Assembly (NCBI RefSeq): GCF_018977255.1
Contig: NW_024704742.1
Location: 15,934,001 to 15,998,000 of the forward strand
DNA length: 64,000 nt
From: Callorhinchus milii
Lineage: Eukaryota
Reading direction: 5' to 3'
Shown here piece after piece: positions 1 through 11,923 of the stretch; position 1 is the stretch's first letter, and each line of letters opens with the position of its first letter. The notes under the pieces were generated by a model. The model was not told where the DNA came from. It ran no database searches and saw nothing but the letters and a program-made list of their open reading frames with translations. Position numbers and translations under genes: made by a program.

Positions 1-3000
1 TAGTGATTATTATCTTTTGAGGTTTGAAAATAGACAAAATAAAAAACTATTTTTTGTGTTTTCATGTAATCTCACGTTATTTGTATTCACATGAATAAGG
101 GTATTAATAAGTCATCCAGAAAGTAAAACCTGACCCTCACAATCCACCTTTTATTATTATTATTCTGACCCAAGCCCCCGTTCCCAACCTCCGTTACTCC
201 GAATCAGTTCTTCTCTCCCACCGGCCTCCTTACCTTCTTCCTCACTTGGACCACCTCACTGTCTCCCTCTGTTCCAGTCCAGGCATCCTCCATCAGCCCA
301 TCATGGCTCTCGGTGACATTTGTATCAAAGCAGCCACCTTAACTGTCCCATCGCTCACAAGTGCTCTGGGACCCTACATGCATGAGGAGCATTATATTGC
401 AAGTTGTTGTTGTTCTGTTGTTAAAGTGTGAATGTTTAGGTTATTTGTCAACTGTGTTCGAGCTGCGCATTTGGCTTTTTATATTTTTTTTACAACCTGT
501 TCATTGTCTATACAAATGCTTATTTAACACTTGATTTATACTATGTGTAATGGTTAGGTCTTTACCTTTTTCTCTTCTTTTTTACCATCTGTTTCTCTCT
601 TCCTACTTACCAATGCTCTCCTGAAAGCGGTGATTCATACTGGAGCAGGGTTCAATAAGCATTGTCAGCTTTCACTTAAAGATCACAAGATCAAAAGATG
701 AGCTGCGGATGAAGAAAGCCCTTCGGCCACCTGGTCTTATCCTTCCAGAACACCCACCCTACTATCTTCCCATCATATCTTCGAGTTGTGTTTTTAAATT
801 AGTTCACTGTCTGGTAAAACTTTGGCAGTAACCCCGCATTCTGTGGTCCCCTGTTCTTCCCCCAACCTATGTAATTTTGCTTTGTTGTAAATAAATAATA
901 ATTCTTGGATTTCAAAGTGCTTCATAGGATCTACTTACTGTAAAGGGTTGTGACAGTGTATTTTGGAGGTGAATGTGGCACCTGATTTCCACAGAAGCAA
1001 TGCCCCATAAAAAGCCATGAAGTGAATGAGTAAGTTATTCTGCAGAAATGTTGGCCAGGACACTGGGAGAAAACTCCCTTCTCTTTTCGAATGTACCTGA
1101 ACACAAGACAGGACCTTGGTTTATCATCTCATCCAAAGAACAGTACCTTCAATAATGCATCGCTCTCCGAGCAATGCACTGGCGTGTCAGACCACCTTAT
1201 GCGACTTCAAAAGTCTCAACATGTGACTTCAACCCACAACCTTCTGCCTCAAAGATTAGAGTGCTATCAACTGAGCCAGGCTGACACCAATAATGTGAAG
1301 CCAAAGTAGTGACGGAATGTTTGCATGAGATGATTCACAGCAATTCTCTATATTGATCTGTGGAGCTCACTAAAGTTAGGATATACTACAAGGTTTGCAT
1401 TGGTTAGTTGGTTGTGAGAACTAACAAAATTGAGAAATATATTTGACCTATTTTCTCGTTTTCTCTCAAGGATATTAGAGAAGAGGGAACATGTGCTGAA
1501 TCCAAGCGCTGGCAACACCCCAAGGTCAAATAGACTGAGAAGAGTCCAGAAACACACATAAAGTAGAAATCCATTGAGGGGTGGAGGAGAAAGAGAGGTA
1601 GGTCACAAGTGGCGTGTGAGTTGAAATGTTTAAACGTTTCATAAATAATGGAAAGGCCAAGAAGCGCAGAATTGTTGAGCTGAATGGATTAAAATATTAC
1701 TCCACAATACAGTGTTTTAAGGTTTCGGACAGATTGCAAAAATCTGCAACTATTATCTTCAGCCTGAAACCTGTGATACATGCTCACTCCCAACACAGTG
1801 CATAGTGTAATAACCTATTCATTATACCTTGGAACTGAATTGAATGGGGTAATTAAATCTTTTCAACTGGATTGGATTTCAGTGTAACCACTGCCTCTCT
1901 TGCATTACCCACTGATTCCAGTCTGGGAAATCAAAGACTGGCTGATATTAATCACAGGGAAATAGTTAAACGTATTTTGACTTGGCAGTCAATATGTTTG
2001 GTTGTTTGTAGGCAAAGTGCATGTGTGCTCCCCTTCCACTCTTAAGACTGAAGCAACTAAAATGTCCTGTTTGCATTTATTATTTATGTGCAATTTTACA
2101 CACTATCAATCAATGCTTTGTCAGATGAGACAGCAAGAGAATTAAATCAAGCAACATAAATTATGAATTTGTTTGCTTTTATATTTCTTGATGGTGTGTA
2201 AACCACTTCTGTCCATCCATTCTTTACTGATTTATTCTGTGTAACATTGCTGCTTAACTGAATTGTTTATCCATTGCAGACCATTGAGACCAAGAGAGCA
2301 AACAAGCAAAAAGGAATCTTGCCCTGATAGGAATAAAAGGCAAAGTTGAGAAAAGTGAGGAATTCAGTTATCCATTTATGGAAATATTAAGACTCATAGA
2401 GATGGCAAATCATGATAATTGATTTGTTAATGGTAGGGAAAGAGAACTATTATTTTGTCAATATTACACATTTCAGAGGTTTGTATAAAACAATACTTGG
2501 CAACTTTAAGCATAAGAACAATTGTGACTTGGCATGACATCTCTAGTAATCCTTCAAACTCTTTTGATTAGTGATATTTTAAAGAATCTTTGGATCAAAT
2601 TTTACCACAGCTCAATTCACCTAAACATAACGTATTTAGCTATATCTATGAATACATGTAATAATGATATGTAAAAGTATTTAATGACTTCAAAAATATA
2701 TCACATTTGTGAAAACCTAGAATTTAAAATGGACCTTGTGTTTATTCCTGAATTTGACAATTTAATGTTAAATGGGTGGGAGGAATAATGACATCAAAAT
2801 TTCACTTGTACCTTCGTGCAATAACCCACATGAAAATCCCCCCCAAAAACTTGCCAATCTTAATATCTTAAATAGACTGAACTTTAAAAATGCTGTGATC
2901 ACTTTGAAGCTGCAATAATTTTCAGTGACATTAATGCACATTCCTCAATAGGAGTGATACAGGTTTAACCCTCATGTAGAACTTGGATTTCATCTTCAAG

Positions 3001-4344
3001 GATACAGAACAATGTACACAATAGTGATAATAGAGCACTTTACCTCTCAAGCAAAGTCACAGGAACACATGGTGTATCTTCACCAACACCTCTTTTCGGC
3101 AATTTCAAATACTTTGATCCATGATGTGAACCTTAAAAGTTAGGACAGGGAACATTCAGTGACTATCCCAATGCCCAAAAGATCAAGAATTGATCATTCC
3201 CAGGCGCCCACAGAACAGCCACATGTTTCATCCACATTGAGCTTCGCAACTTCTTAAATAAGTATGATGTAAATATCGATCAGGTAAAATAATACTTTAT
3301 ATCTCATACTGATCAGAAATGTTATGTGCATTATTAGGGACCAAGAAGGCTATTTTGTTTTAGAATATATTTAAAATTCCCAGTTTTGAATCAAAAAGCT
3401 ACATTTGAATCCTTTCATAAAAACTCATACCTTTCATAAAAGCTCATACCTATAGTTATATTAACACCTATTTTTGAACAAACCCAATGATTTACTAATG
3501 CATCATTAACCTGACTGGTAACTTACTCCAAATATTTATCACTGAGAAAAATTGTCCCAAATATTGAGGCAAAATTATGATATTCCTTAAAGTGTTCCTT
3601 GCCTCAATTGGCACAAGGCAAACTTTAAGGAATGCAACAATTTTTTGCCTCAGTTCATTCCAGACGTTTGCAGTCATGTCCTCTCATCTCATTTTGCCGT
3701 CAAGTAAAAGACTGAGTTTACCTTTTCTGTATTATGAAGTAATTTGTGTCAGACTGGCTTAGTTGGTAGCATTCTCACCTCTGATGCTCACTCGCACAAA
3801 ACTCCATAGCCCATCACACTAGTCCTTGCTAGGCTCCACTAGCTCCTAATTACTGAACAGATTGATTTCAAGATTATCTCATTCATTTTCAAATCCATTC
3901 ATGCTGTTGGATATCAAGAAAGTTCACCCAGCTTTCCGTTTAGGCAAAATCTGTTAAGCCAAACTTTACTAGTTCCATAAAGTTACACCATGGAGGGATT
4001 ACAATAAAGCAATACTACCCCGGGTCGGGACGTTCAGCAGCCGAGGTTCCAATCTGTCTTGTCTGGGTATTCAAGCTTTTTGATCTTCCATCAAGTCTTC
4101 CCTCATGCTCCTCCGATCTTTTCCTTCTGTTTTTCCTTCTTTGTTCTCCCTGACTTTATACTCTCATCCCACTCCCTCTATACCTTCCTCCAATCTCTTA
4201 TCAGTCGTTTACAACCTGTTTTTAACATATCCATCATGTTTCCTTCAACCCTCTTTCCTTGTACTGACTCCATATGTTCCATGGCCTCTCATTCCTTTTG
4301 ACCCATTGTTAGTATGTTAATTCTGCACCCTTATGCTAACAATG

Positions 4345-4945
4345 CCCTTGCACTTCCCAACCTATCCGACTTGCTTTACCCCCACTCCACCATCCGCTGC
4401 CTCTGCTTGGCTGGCTCCGGCCTCCTGTTTGTCCCTCATCCCCTCTACCGTCGGTGGCCATGCCTTCAGTCACTATGTCCCAAAACTCTGGAATTCTCTC
4501 CCTCAATCCCTCTGCCTTGCCCTCTCCCTCTCCATTTTCAAATCCTGCCTAAAGATCTTCCTTTTTGATCTTCTTTTTTGACCACCTCCCTCCCTCTCTC
4601 CCTGGCTCAGGGTCAGATCTGCCACTGTCAAGTGCTCCGGGATGCTACCTCACGTGAAGGGCACTATATACATGCAAGTTGTTGTTGAATTCCATCCCCC
4701 AGTCACTCTGCCTTGCCCCCTCCTTATCCTCCTTCAAGTCCCACCTCAAGACCCTCCTCTTCGACCATGCCATCGGCCACCCCCCTTCCCCTCCCCTCCT
4801 CTTCGACCATGCCATCGGCCACCCCTCTTCCCCTCCCCTCCCTTCTCCCCCCTGACCCCAGCTCGGGTCTGAAATGCTGTAGCGCCTTGGGATGTCCTCC
4901 TGATGTGAAAGGCGCTATACAAATGTAATCTTGTTGTTGTTGTTC
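4345..4945 (+). mobile_element. two tandem L2 3' ends, the second with a ~42-bp internal tandem duplication (4752-4835)
   Basis: GGHAFSHYVPKLWNSLP frame; tails at ~4675-4688 and ~4925-4943. Other L2 tails at ~330-412, 25983-26045, 38255-38335, 39660-39795, 51728-51790 (-), 58220-58280 (-). Confidence 0.85.
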
Positions 4946-5872
4946 AATCAGAAGGTTGTGGGTTCAAGCCACACGTCGGAATTTAAAACTCATATAGTGT
5001 AGGCTGACACTCCATTGCAATTCAGTGCTGTATTGTTGGAGGTACGGTCCTACAGATGTGACGTTAAAATAAGATGCCATCTATCTCAGGTTGACGTAGA
5101 ATATAATTATTAGGCACTATATAATGGCACTATTTCAAAAGAGAAGAAGGTTTCTCCCGGTATCCTGGCCAACAATCAACCAAATAAAAGTAGTCATTCC
5201 CTTCATGGCTGTTTGTATGGCATTGATGTAATGTTATTTCCAAGCCCCTCACTGCAATTCATAATGATGTATTTTAATATATTAATGATGTTCTTTCTGA
5301 TGAACTATTGCTTTGGATTAATCACTGGAACACAATCTGATCCTATCTACAATTTAATTTGTCTAGTTAACTGGTGGTATTTGAAATTAAGCATATTATC
5401 CGTCTGGAAATGAAGTTATTTAGTAACAATGTATTCATTACATTTAAGACATTTCATGAGAACAAAAGGTTACTTAGCTTAATTTGTTAATATCTTACAG
5501 AATGCTAAATTTTGTAGTCAATCATTTTCATATCACCCTCCTTTTGCATTTCCGACATATCTCTTCTTCTCCTGTCTAACAGAGCTATTGTTAAACAGGT
5601 CCTGTAGATTTTATATTTCATGAAGCATTTGATCTAGCTCCACAACTGATTGATAAAAACAGTGAAAAATAAGAAATAAGTTTGATTTTAAACTGACTCA
5701 GCAACGGTGATCTCTACCAAGATAATAATTCAAATCTGTTATCCACCAACAATGTCAGAAAATACCCTCCATCTGGTAGCTGGTGAATTCTTATGGGAGG
5801 GAAAGGGAAGTCTCTTCAGTGCACTTAAAGGGAACAAACTCAGAAATGTACTTATAATATGCATTTTAGAGT

Positions 5873-6187
5873 GGAGTCCTGTACCTCAGTGCTTAGAGCA
5901 CTCGCCTTCCCAGCAGGGTGAAATGTTGGGCAAGTTTCCTTACTCCACACGTCTCTTTTACATTAGCAGTAAGTAGGAAACCAGTTGTTAGTCGATTGGC
6001 AGATTGCTTTCTGAGGGTAACAATCCATCAAAAAATAATAATAATAGTTTGGTCAGTCAATCCATAACTGTTTGTGGGAAACTGCTGTGCTTAATTTACT
6101 TTACAGTATATTCTGTGAAGCCTCGAACATGTGATGAAGCGCTATATAATATACATATACATCAAATGCAAGGATTATTATTATTAT
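5873..6187 (+). mobile_element. SINE, same family, long-body variant with internal deletions
   Basis: Same head and tail; carries the extra TAGCAGTAAGTAGGAAACCAGTTGTTAGTCGATTGG segment also seen at 6861-7229 and 42535-42910. Confidence 0.85.
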
Positions 6188-6532
6188 TTGTTTGTATGGA
6201 AGTCATAGTGATACACTCCTGTGTGTGACAGTTTAGGTTGTCACAATGCGATCTATGATGACACATTAATCCAAAATTCACTATGAAATGTATTGTGCAT
6301 GGCATGATACCAATTAACAAAAATCAAATACCTCCATTAAAACATTGTATGCTAGGATGAGAATTGATTTCTTTCCAAAAAGGAACCCATCCAATTTCTG
6401 GAGTACATTTGCACAGCCACCTCAACATTACTCCCCAAATTAGATGTGCTAATTTCAGAATGATAGAATGCAAAATTCACCCAATATGCTTAAAACCCTG
6501 AAAGTAATCCCAAAGTAAATGAATATGCAGAA

Positions 6533-6725
6533 GAAATACTGCAGATGCTGGAAATCTGGTATAGACACAGAAGTCACTGGAAAATGCAGCACCATCCATG
6601 GTGAGAGGAAAATGAGTTAATGTTTCAGATCTATGACCTTTTTCTTCAGACCTTTCTAATGAAAGGTCATAAACCTGAAACATTAACTAATTTTCCTCAC
6701 TTCATGGATGCTGCCAGATATGCAG
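6533..6725. mobile_element. fold-back element resembling inverted Penelope-like terminal repeats
   Basis: Imperfect inverted arms 6593-6642 / 6662-6710, each carrying a CT(G/A)A-GA...GAAAC motif; preceded by TGCAGATGCTGGAAATCTG. Confidence 0.55.
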
Positions 6726-6860
6726 AAGAACCTGTTTGACAACCTCCTCAATTGATAGGGCTCTTCCCAATATGTCAGAAGATTTTGGTTTCAAACCCCA
6801 TTTCTGAACTTTGAACTTACAGTCTAGGTTGATACTTCATTATTTTCATCAGCCTGATAC

Positions 6861-7229
6861 ATAATAATAATAATAATAATAACCCTAATCCTTGTATTTG
6901 ATACATTAGCAGTAAGTCACGTCTTCTAGATGTTTCAAAGCACTTCACATAATATTCTGTAGTGAATTGACTCTATATTTGTGGGCGAAACGCAGCAGCC
7001 AATTGTGCACAGCAATGTCCCACAAACAGTCGTGGATTGAGTGTCCAAATTATTATTGATTTTTTTTGAGCGAACCGCCAATCAATTAACAACTGGGTTT
7101 CTACTTATTGCTAGGTAAACAGAGGTGTGTGGAGTAAGGAAACTTGACCAAACATTTCCCCCTGCCGGGAATAGAACTTGGTATCTCGCTTTCGAGGTGA
7201 GTGCTCTAACCACTGAGCTACAGGACTCC
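6861..7229 (-). mobile_element. SINE, long-body variant
   Basis: Reverse-complement head at 7229 (CACTGAGCTACAGGACTCC); (TAA)n tail at the left. Confidence 0.88.
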
Positions 7230-7884
7230 ACAATGGTTTGACTGTGCATTTTGTGGGTGAAACATGACAGCCAGTTGCACATTTTAATGAAGCACAAATA
7301 GCCATGGAGTGAGTGACCAATTTTATTTGAGAGATTGTTGACCAGGACACTGGGAGAAACTCCTTTCTCTTTTTGTATACTGCCATGGGATCTTTAATGT
7401 CCACCTGAACAGGCAGACCTGACCTGGGATTAACGACTTATCTGAGGGAGGGCACCTCCAACAATACAATACCACCAGCACTGTATTGCACTGTGAACTT
7501 GGAATTTGCGATTCCAAGACCCAATGTGGGAGCTGAATGCACAACCTTCTGACTTAGAGGAAAGACTGCTATCACTGTACCAGGCTGACATAAAGGCTTA
7601 CACCTTCAAATCTCTCATGGTGTAAGAAAATTATCCAACCCCATTTGTAATAGATAATCATGTATTTACTGTTACTAAGTTTGGTAAGTTGATAGATAAT
7701 AATGTATTTGCTAAATCAATAGCTATAATGTAGAAAACATCACAAAGCTGAAGAAATAATGACACCCTAATTCCATCTCTTTTAAAGGGACTGGAGAAAG
7801 GACTGGACTCCAAGATTTATGATCACCTCCGGCAGTGAATGACTGTCTCTGAATAATGTAATGTTAAGGTCCTTTTATGCAGAG

Positions 7885-8100
7885 TAGTAATAACAATCCC
7901 TCCAAAACCAAAAACAATAATAAATTGGTCATTTTCAATCCACGACTGTTTGTGGGACATTGCTGTGCGCAATTGGCTGCCGCGTTCGCCCACAAATATA
8001 CAGTCAATTCACTTTACAGTGTGTTCTGTGAAGCGCTTTGGGACGTCCTCCCCACGTGAAAAGCGCTGTATCAAATGCAAGGATTATTATTATTATTATT
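7885..8100 (+). mobile_element. 5'-truncated young SINE
   Basis: Matches the 3' ~215 nt of 54039-54364. Confidence 0.9.
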
Positions 8101-8358
8101 AATATCTGTGTATAGATTGTGTATGCGCGGCTCAGGATATCGTCACGCAAAAAGCATTGGATCTTAATTGATACCTACGTGGCTCTTGCACTCGCGGCAC
8201 CTCACACTGACACGAATTCAACTCGTGCTATTTTAAAGGTGTTGCAACCCATTATTTGGACTATCGTGTGAGCGCAAAAGTCGGCGTTTCGTTTCGTTGG
8301 TCCCACATGCAGCAGTTTCGATGCAAACGAGAGCTTTAAGGAGTGCGCTGTGCACGCT

Positions 8359-8507
8359 TTGCCTGTTACAGTAGTCCTGTCTTTCTGATCAGCTTGAAAT
8401 GAAATCGTTTGCTGCCGCTGTTGGGGGCACTTTTAGTGCCCCCAACAGCGGCAGCAAACGATTTCATTTCAAGCTGATCAGAAAGACAGGACTACTGTAA
8501 CAGGCAA
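8359..8507. repeat. perfect inverted repeat, 73-bp arms, 3-nt spacer
   Basis: 8359-8431 is the exact reverse complement of 8435-8507; spacer TTT. Confidence 0.97.
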
Positions 8508-8516
8508 CCATTCAAC

Positions 8517-8721
8517 TCCAAAATCCAAAAACAATAATAAATTGGTCATTTTCAATCTACGACTGTTTGTGGGACATTGCTGTGCGCAATTGGCTGCCGC
8601 GTTCGCCCACAAATATACAGTCAATTCACTTTACAGTCTATTCTGTGAAGCGCTTTGGGACGTCCTCCCGACGTGAAAAGCGCTATATCAAATGCAAGGA
8701 TTATTATTATTATTATTATTA
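8517..8721 (+). mobile_element. 5'-truncated young SINE abutting the palindrome
   Basis: Matches the 3' ~205 nt of the reference copy. Confidence 0.9.
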
Positions 8722-8948
8722 TAACTCATGGAAAAGACAACCTGGGCATGAAATGCAGTAAAGGGCGCACACACACACACACACACACACACAGCAGTTA
8801 CCAGCCGTGCCAAACGTCATGGATGTCATGGAAATCATAATAAGTGAAAATAAACAGAAATGGAAGAGCGTCATCTTGCTTCACGTCAACAGTGATGTCT
8901 TTGCAAGAAACTCGAAGGACGCATTTTATTTTAAAAGGTACCAACGAC

Positions 8949-9107
8949 CTCTCTCTCTCTCTCTCTCTCTTCCCCCATCTCTCTCTCTCTCTCTCTCTTC
9001 CCCCAACTCTCTCTCTATTCCCCCAACTCTCTCTCTCTCTCTTCCCCCAACTCTCTCTCTCTCTATTCCCCCATCTCTCTCTCTCTCTCTTCCCCCAACT
9101 CTCTCTC
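8949..9107 (+). repeat. (CT)n-TTCCCCCA(A/T) compound micro/minisatellite running into the assembly gap
   Basis: About seven units of CT repeats punctuated by TTCCCCCA. A (CA)n tract lies nearby at ~8768-8793. Confidence 0.9.
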
Positions 9108-9426
9108 NNNNNNNNNNNNNNNNNNNNNNNNNNNNNNNNNNNNNNNNNNNNNNNNNNNNNNNNNNNNNNNNNNNNNNNNNNNNNNNNNNNNNNNNNNNNN
9201 NNNNNNNNNNNNNNNNNNNNNNNNNNNNNNNNNNNNNNNNNNNNNNNNNNNNNNNNNNNNNNNNNNNNNNNNNNNNNNNNNNNNNNNNNNNNNNNNNNNN
9301 NNNNNNNNNNNNNNNNNNNNNNNNNNNNNNNNNNNNNNNNNNNNNNNNNNNNNNNNNNNNNNNNNNNNNNNNNNNNNNNNNNNNNNNNNNNNNNNNNNNN
9401 NNNNNNNNNNNNNNNNNNNNNNNNNN
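9108..9426. other. assembly gap (319 N)
   Basis: Run of N. Confidence 1.
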
Positions 9427-10044
9427 TGGATGTGTGTGGTTGGAGTGCGCATGATCCGCTCCGTGTTATTGCTCGGAGCTTGTGATGAAGTGGTGACAAT
9501 CGGTGTGTGTGTTTCTGGGGGAGATCTTGAGTACCTGTTCCTTCAGTTTCAGCAAAGAGCTGCTGCAAAGAGTCTCTTTCAGAAGAGGTTCTGTTGGTGT
9601 GTGTTGGTGTGTGTTTTCGGTGCCAGAGAATCCAGATCTATATTCTATCACGTTGTTGAAGTGATGGATGTTTGAAGCATTCTGACTGGACCGATGGGGC
9701 AGTGGGAGAACTGAGCTTGAGCCCCGGGTTTATTCCAGCAGCAGCATCTGTGAGGTTTTTTTTATTTAGGGACTCCGATCTCTTATCTTTCCTGCGCAGC
9801 CTTCTTTTCGGTTCCGCAAACCCTGGACAGCTCAGGAGTTTGTAGGGACGCCACGGGAAGAAGAGGAAGGAGAAGAAGAAAAAGAAAAGAAAAACGACTG
9901 ATCCTGTGGAGTTGCGAGAAATTGAGAAATCATTGAAAAGTATCAGACCCGAGTCAGTCCCGGGAGGTGTTGATGGTCCAATTTAGCCTTTCTCAGGACA
10001 CAAAGGATGGGCTGTGACTTGCTGGTATAAGGCGACCCTTTGAG

Positions 10045-10712
10045 ATGGACTTGGCAGAAGTTCTCTTGGTGCTGTTCATCGCTGTGGTGCTGATCGTCTC
10101 TCTCTTGTCGAACTTGTTGGTGCTGATATGCTTCATCTACAGCTCCGACATCCGCAAGCAAGTCCCAGGCATCTTCATAGTTAACTTGTCTTTCTGCAAT
10201 CTGCTCATTACAGTTCTGAACATGCCTTCGACTTTGCTGGGGATCGTCAAAAGGCAGCAGCCGTTTGGTGACTGCATTTGCCAAACAGTGGGCTTTTTGG
10301 AAACATTTCTGAACACCAACACCATGCTGAGCATGGCAGCGCTGAGCATAGACAAGTGGATCGCTGTGGTGTTCCCCTTAAGCTATGCCAGTAAGATGAG
10401 ATATAAGGACGCTCTGCTTATGATGGGCTACACTTGGATCCATTCTCTCACTTTCCCCATCGCCTCAGTCTTCTTCACCTGGGTCGGTTACAATAATGTT
10501 TACTCAACCTGCACTTTGCATCTCAAAGAAGAGATGGAGAGGAGACGGTTTACAGTGTTCACCATCGTCTTTCACGCCACCAGCTTCATGCTTTCTCTTG
10601 TAGTATTGTGTTTTACGTATTTGAAGGTGTTGAAAGTTGCACGCTTTCATTGCAGAAGAATAGACATTATCACCATGCAGACTCTCGTTTTACTAGTGGA
10701 TATCCATCCCAG
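10045..10712 (+). CDS. GPR78: GPR78 (GPR26/GPR78 family orphan class-A GPCR), coding exon 1 (TM1-TM5, start of ICL3)
   Basis: ATG 10045 in gagATGg context. Translates MDLAEVLLVLFIAVVLIVSLLSN...SIDKWIAVVFPLSY...LLVDIHPS. Ends AG|gtaact at 10712 (668 nt, phase 2). Family recognised from sequence; GPR78 rather than GPR26 from the C-terminus and adjacency to CPZ. Confidence 0.93.
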
Positions 10713-11809
10713 GTAACTAACGCCTTTCGCCTTTATATTTGTCGCTCACCATAGTCTCTATAATATGGAAAACGTAACCGTTGGAAAAGAAAACTGCATT
10801 ACCTCAAGGAGTTGTTTTTGGTGATTTTAAATATGCATTTCATGTGATTCAAGCTTTCGGTGTTGGACTGTCTTAAACAGGACAGTGTGTTAATAGTGGT
10901 ACAGTTACATTTTCGCATCCACTAGCAAATCATCAGGGTGACTACAATTCGCATGTAGTTGTAGCATAAAGGTTCAACGTTAATACATTTTAGGGAAGTA
11001 CTTTGATACTGCTGTAACGATTGGCAGTATTAATTATCCTGTAGTTGATACTCATGATTTTTTTAAAAAAAACACTCAGATAAAGGCTGGTTAAAAAGTG
11101 CTGTGAGTGATCTGGGAAGGGCATTCTATCAAATAAAGTCATTTAGCTTTGCATAGTGTTCTGCGGCTTCTAAACTCTCCAAGATATTAATTATTAAATA
11201 CACTCTGTGCTGTTTTGTTTGCAGCCATATTTTCTGTGGAGACCTGTTTACAGATACAGCCGTGCTACATAAATTTAACTTCATTGTGCAGTCATATGAT
11301 TCAATTACCTGTTTGCTATTTGATTGTTTTTGCCCTTTCTGATGTATTGCTCAAAGCATTTTATAATTATACTTCTCTAACAGATGAGATGTTTTACTTA
11401 CATGTGACTATTTATGTGCATATCTATTGACCTTCGAGTAACTGATCTATAAGACCATGCTTAACTCCTTTTTTTTGGTTGAATCATTAATTTCTATTCC
11501 ATCTGCCTTGTCATCCAGGTAGATTAATTCAGGTTAAGGGTTTCTCTGTCTGTGGGGAGTTTCACTTACTGTCCATCTTATATCCTTTCTGGGAATAAAT
11601 GCATCCCAAAATTTCTAATTAATTGGTTAATCATCTTATTGCTGTTCATGTTATTTCAAATTAATCTCATTCTGTGTGAAATGTGTGATTGAGTCACTAT
11701 GAGATTTTTTTTATTGTGAAAGGCACTATATAAATATAAGTTGTACTTTATCATACCCATATCCGCACCAGCAAATTAATATTTCTTTTTGTTTCTACAC
11801 GTTTTTCAG

Positions 11810-11923
11810 TGTAAAACAGCGTTGCCTTGCAGAGCAAAAAACTAGAAGACAGCGTGCAACAAAGAAAATCAGCATTTTTATAGGGTCATTTATAATCTGC
11901 TTTGCTCCTTACGTTATAACCAG
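11810..11923 (+). CDS. GPR78: GPR78 coding exon 2 (ICL3-TM6)
   Basis: gtttttcag|T GTA AAA CAG CGT TGC...ACC AG|gtaaaa. 114 nt, phase 2-2. Encodes (S)VKQRCLAEQKTRRQRATKKISIFIGSFIICFAPYVIT(R). Not in the ORF track. Confidence 0.95.

Noticed and set aside
2952-3283. Exon-like segment (caatag|...cag|gtaaaa), considered as part of an upstream gene such as TRMT44
   Set aside because: Stops in all three frames near its start and no recognisable protein; at most a non-coding exon.
8567-8761. Recurrent short ORFs such as MWDIAVRNWLPRSPTNIQ... / ...KCKDYYYY (also 19877, 23172, 45003, 54118, 60018)
   Set aside because: They are translations of the same SINE consensus, not a gene family.
8798-9568. 200-256 aa ORFs in the track
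   Set aside because: They run through the N gap and a (CT)n repeat; artefacts.
9943-10355. Antisense ORFs over GPR78 exon 1
   Set aside because: Shadow frames of a coding exon, with no recognisable protein features.
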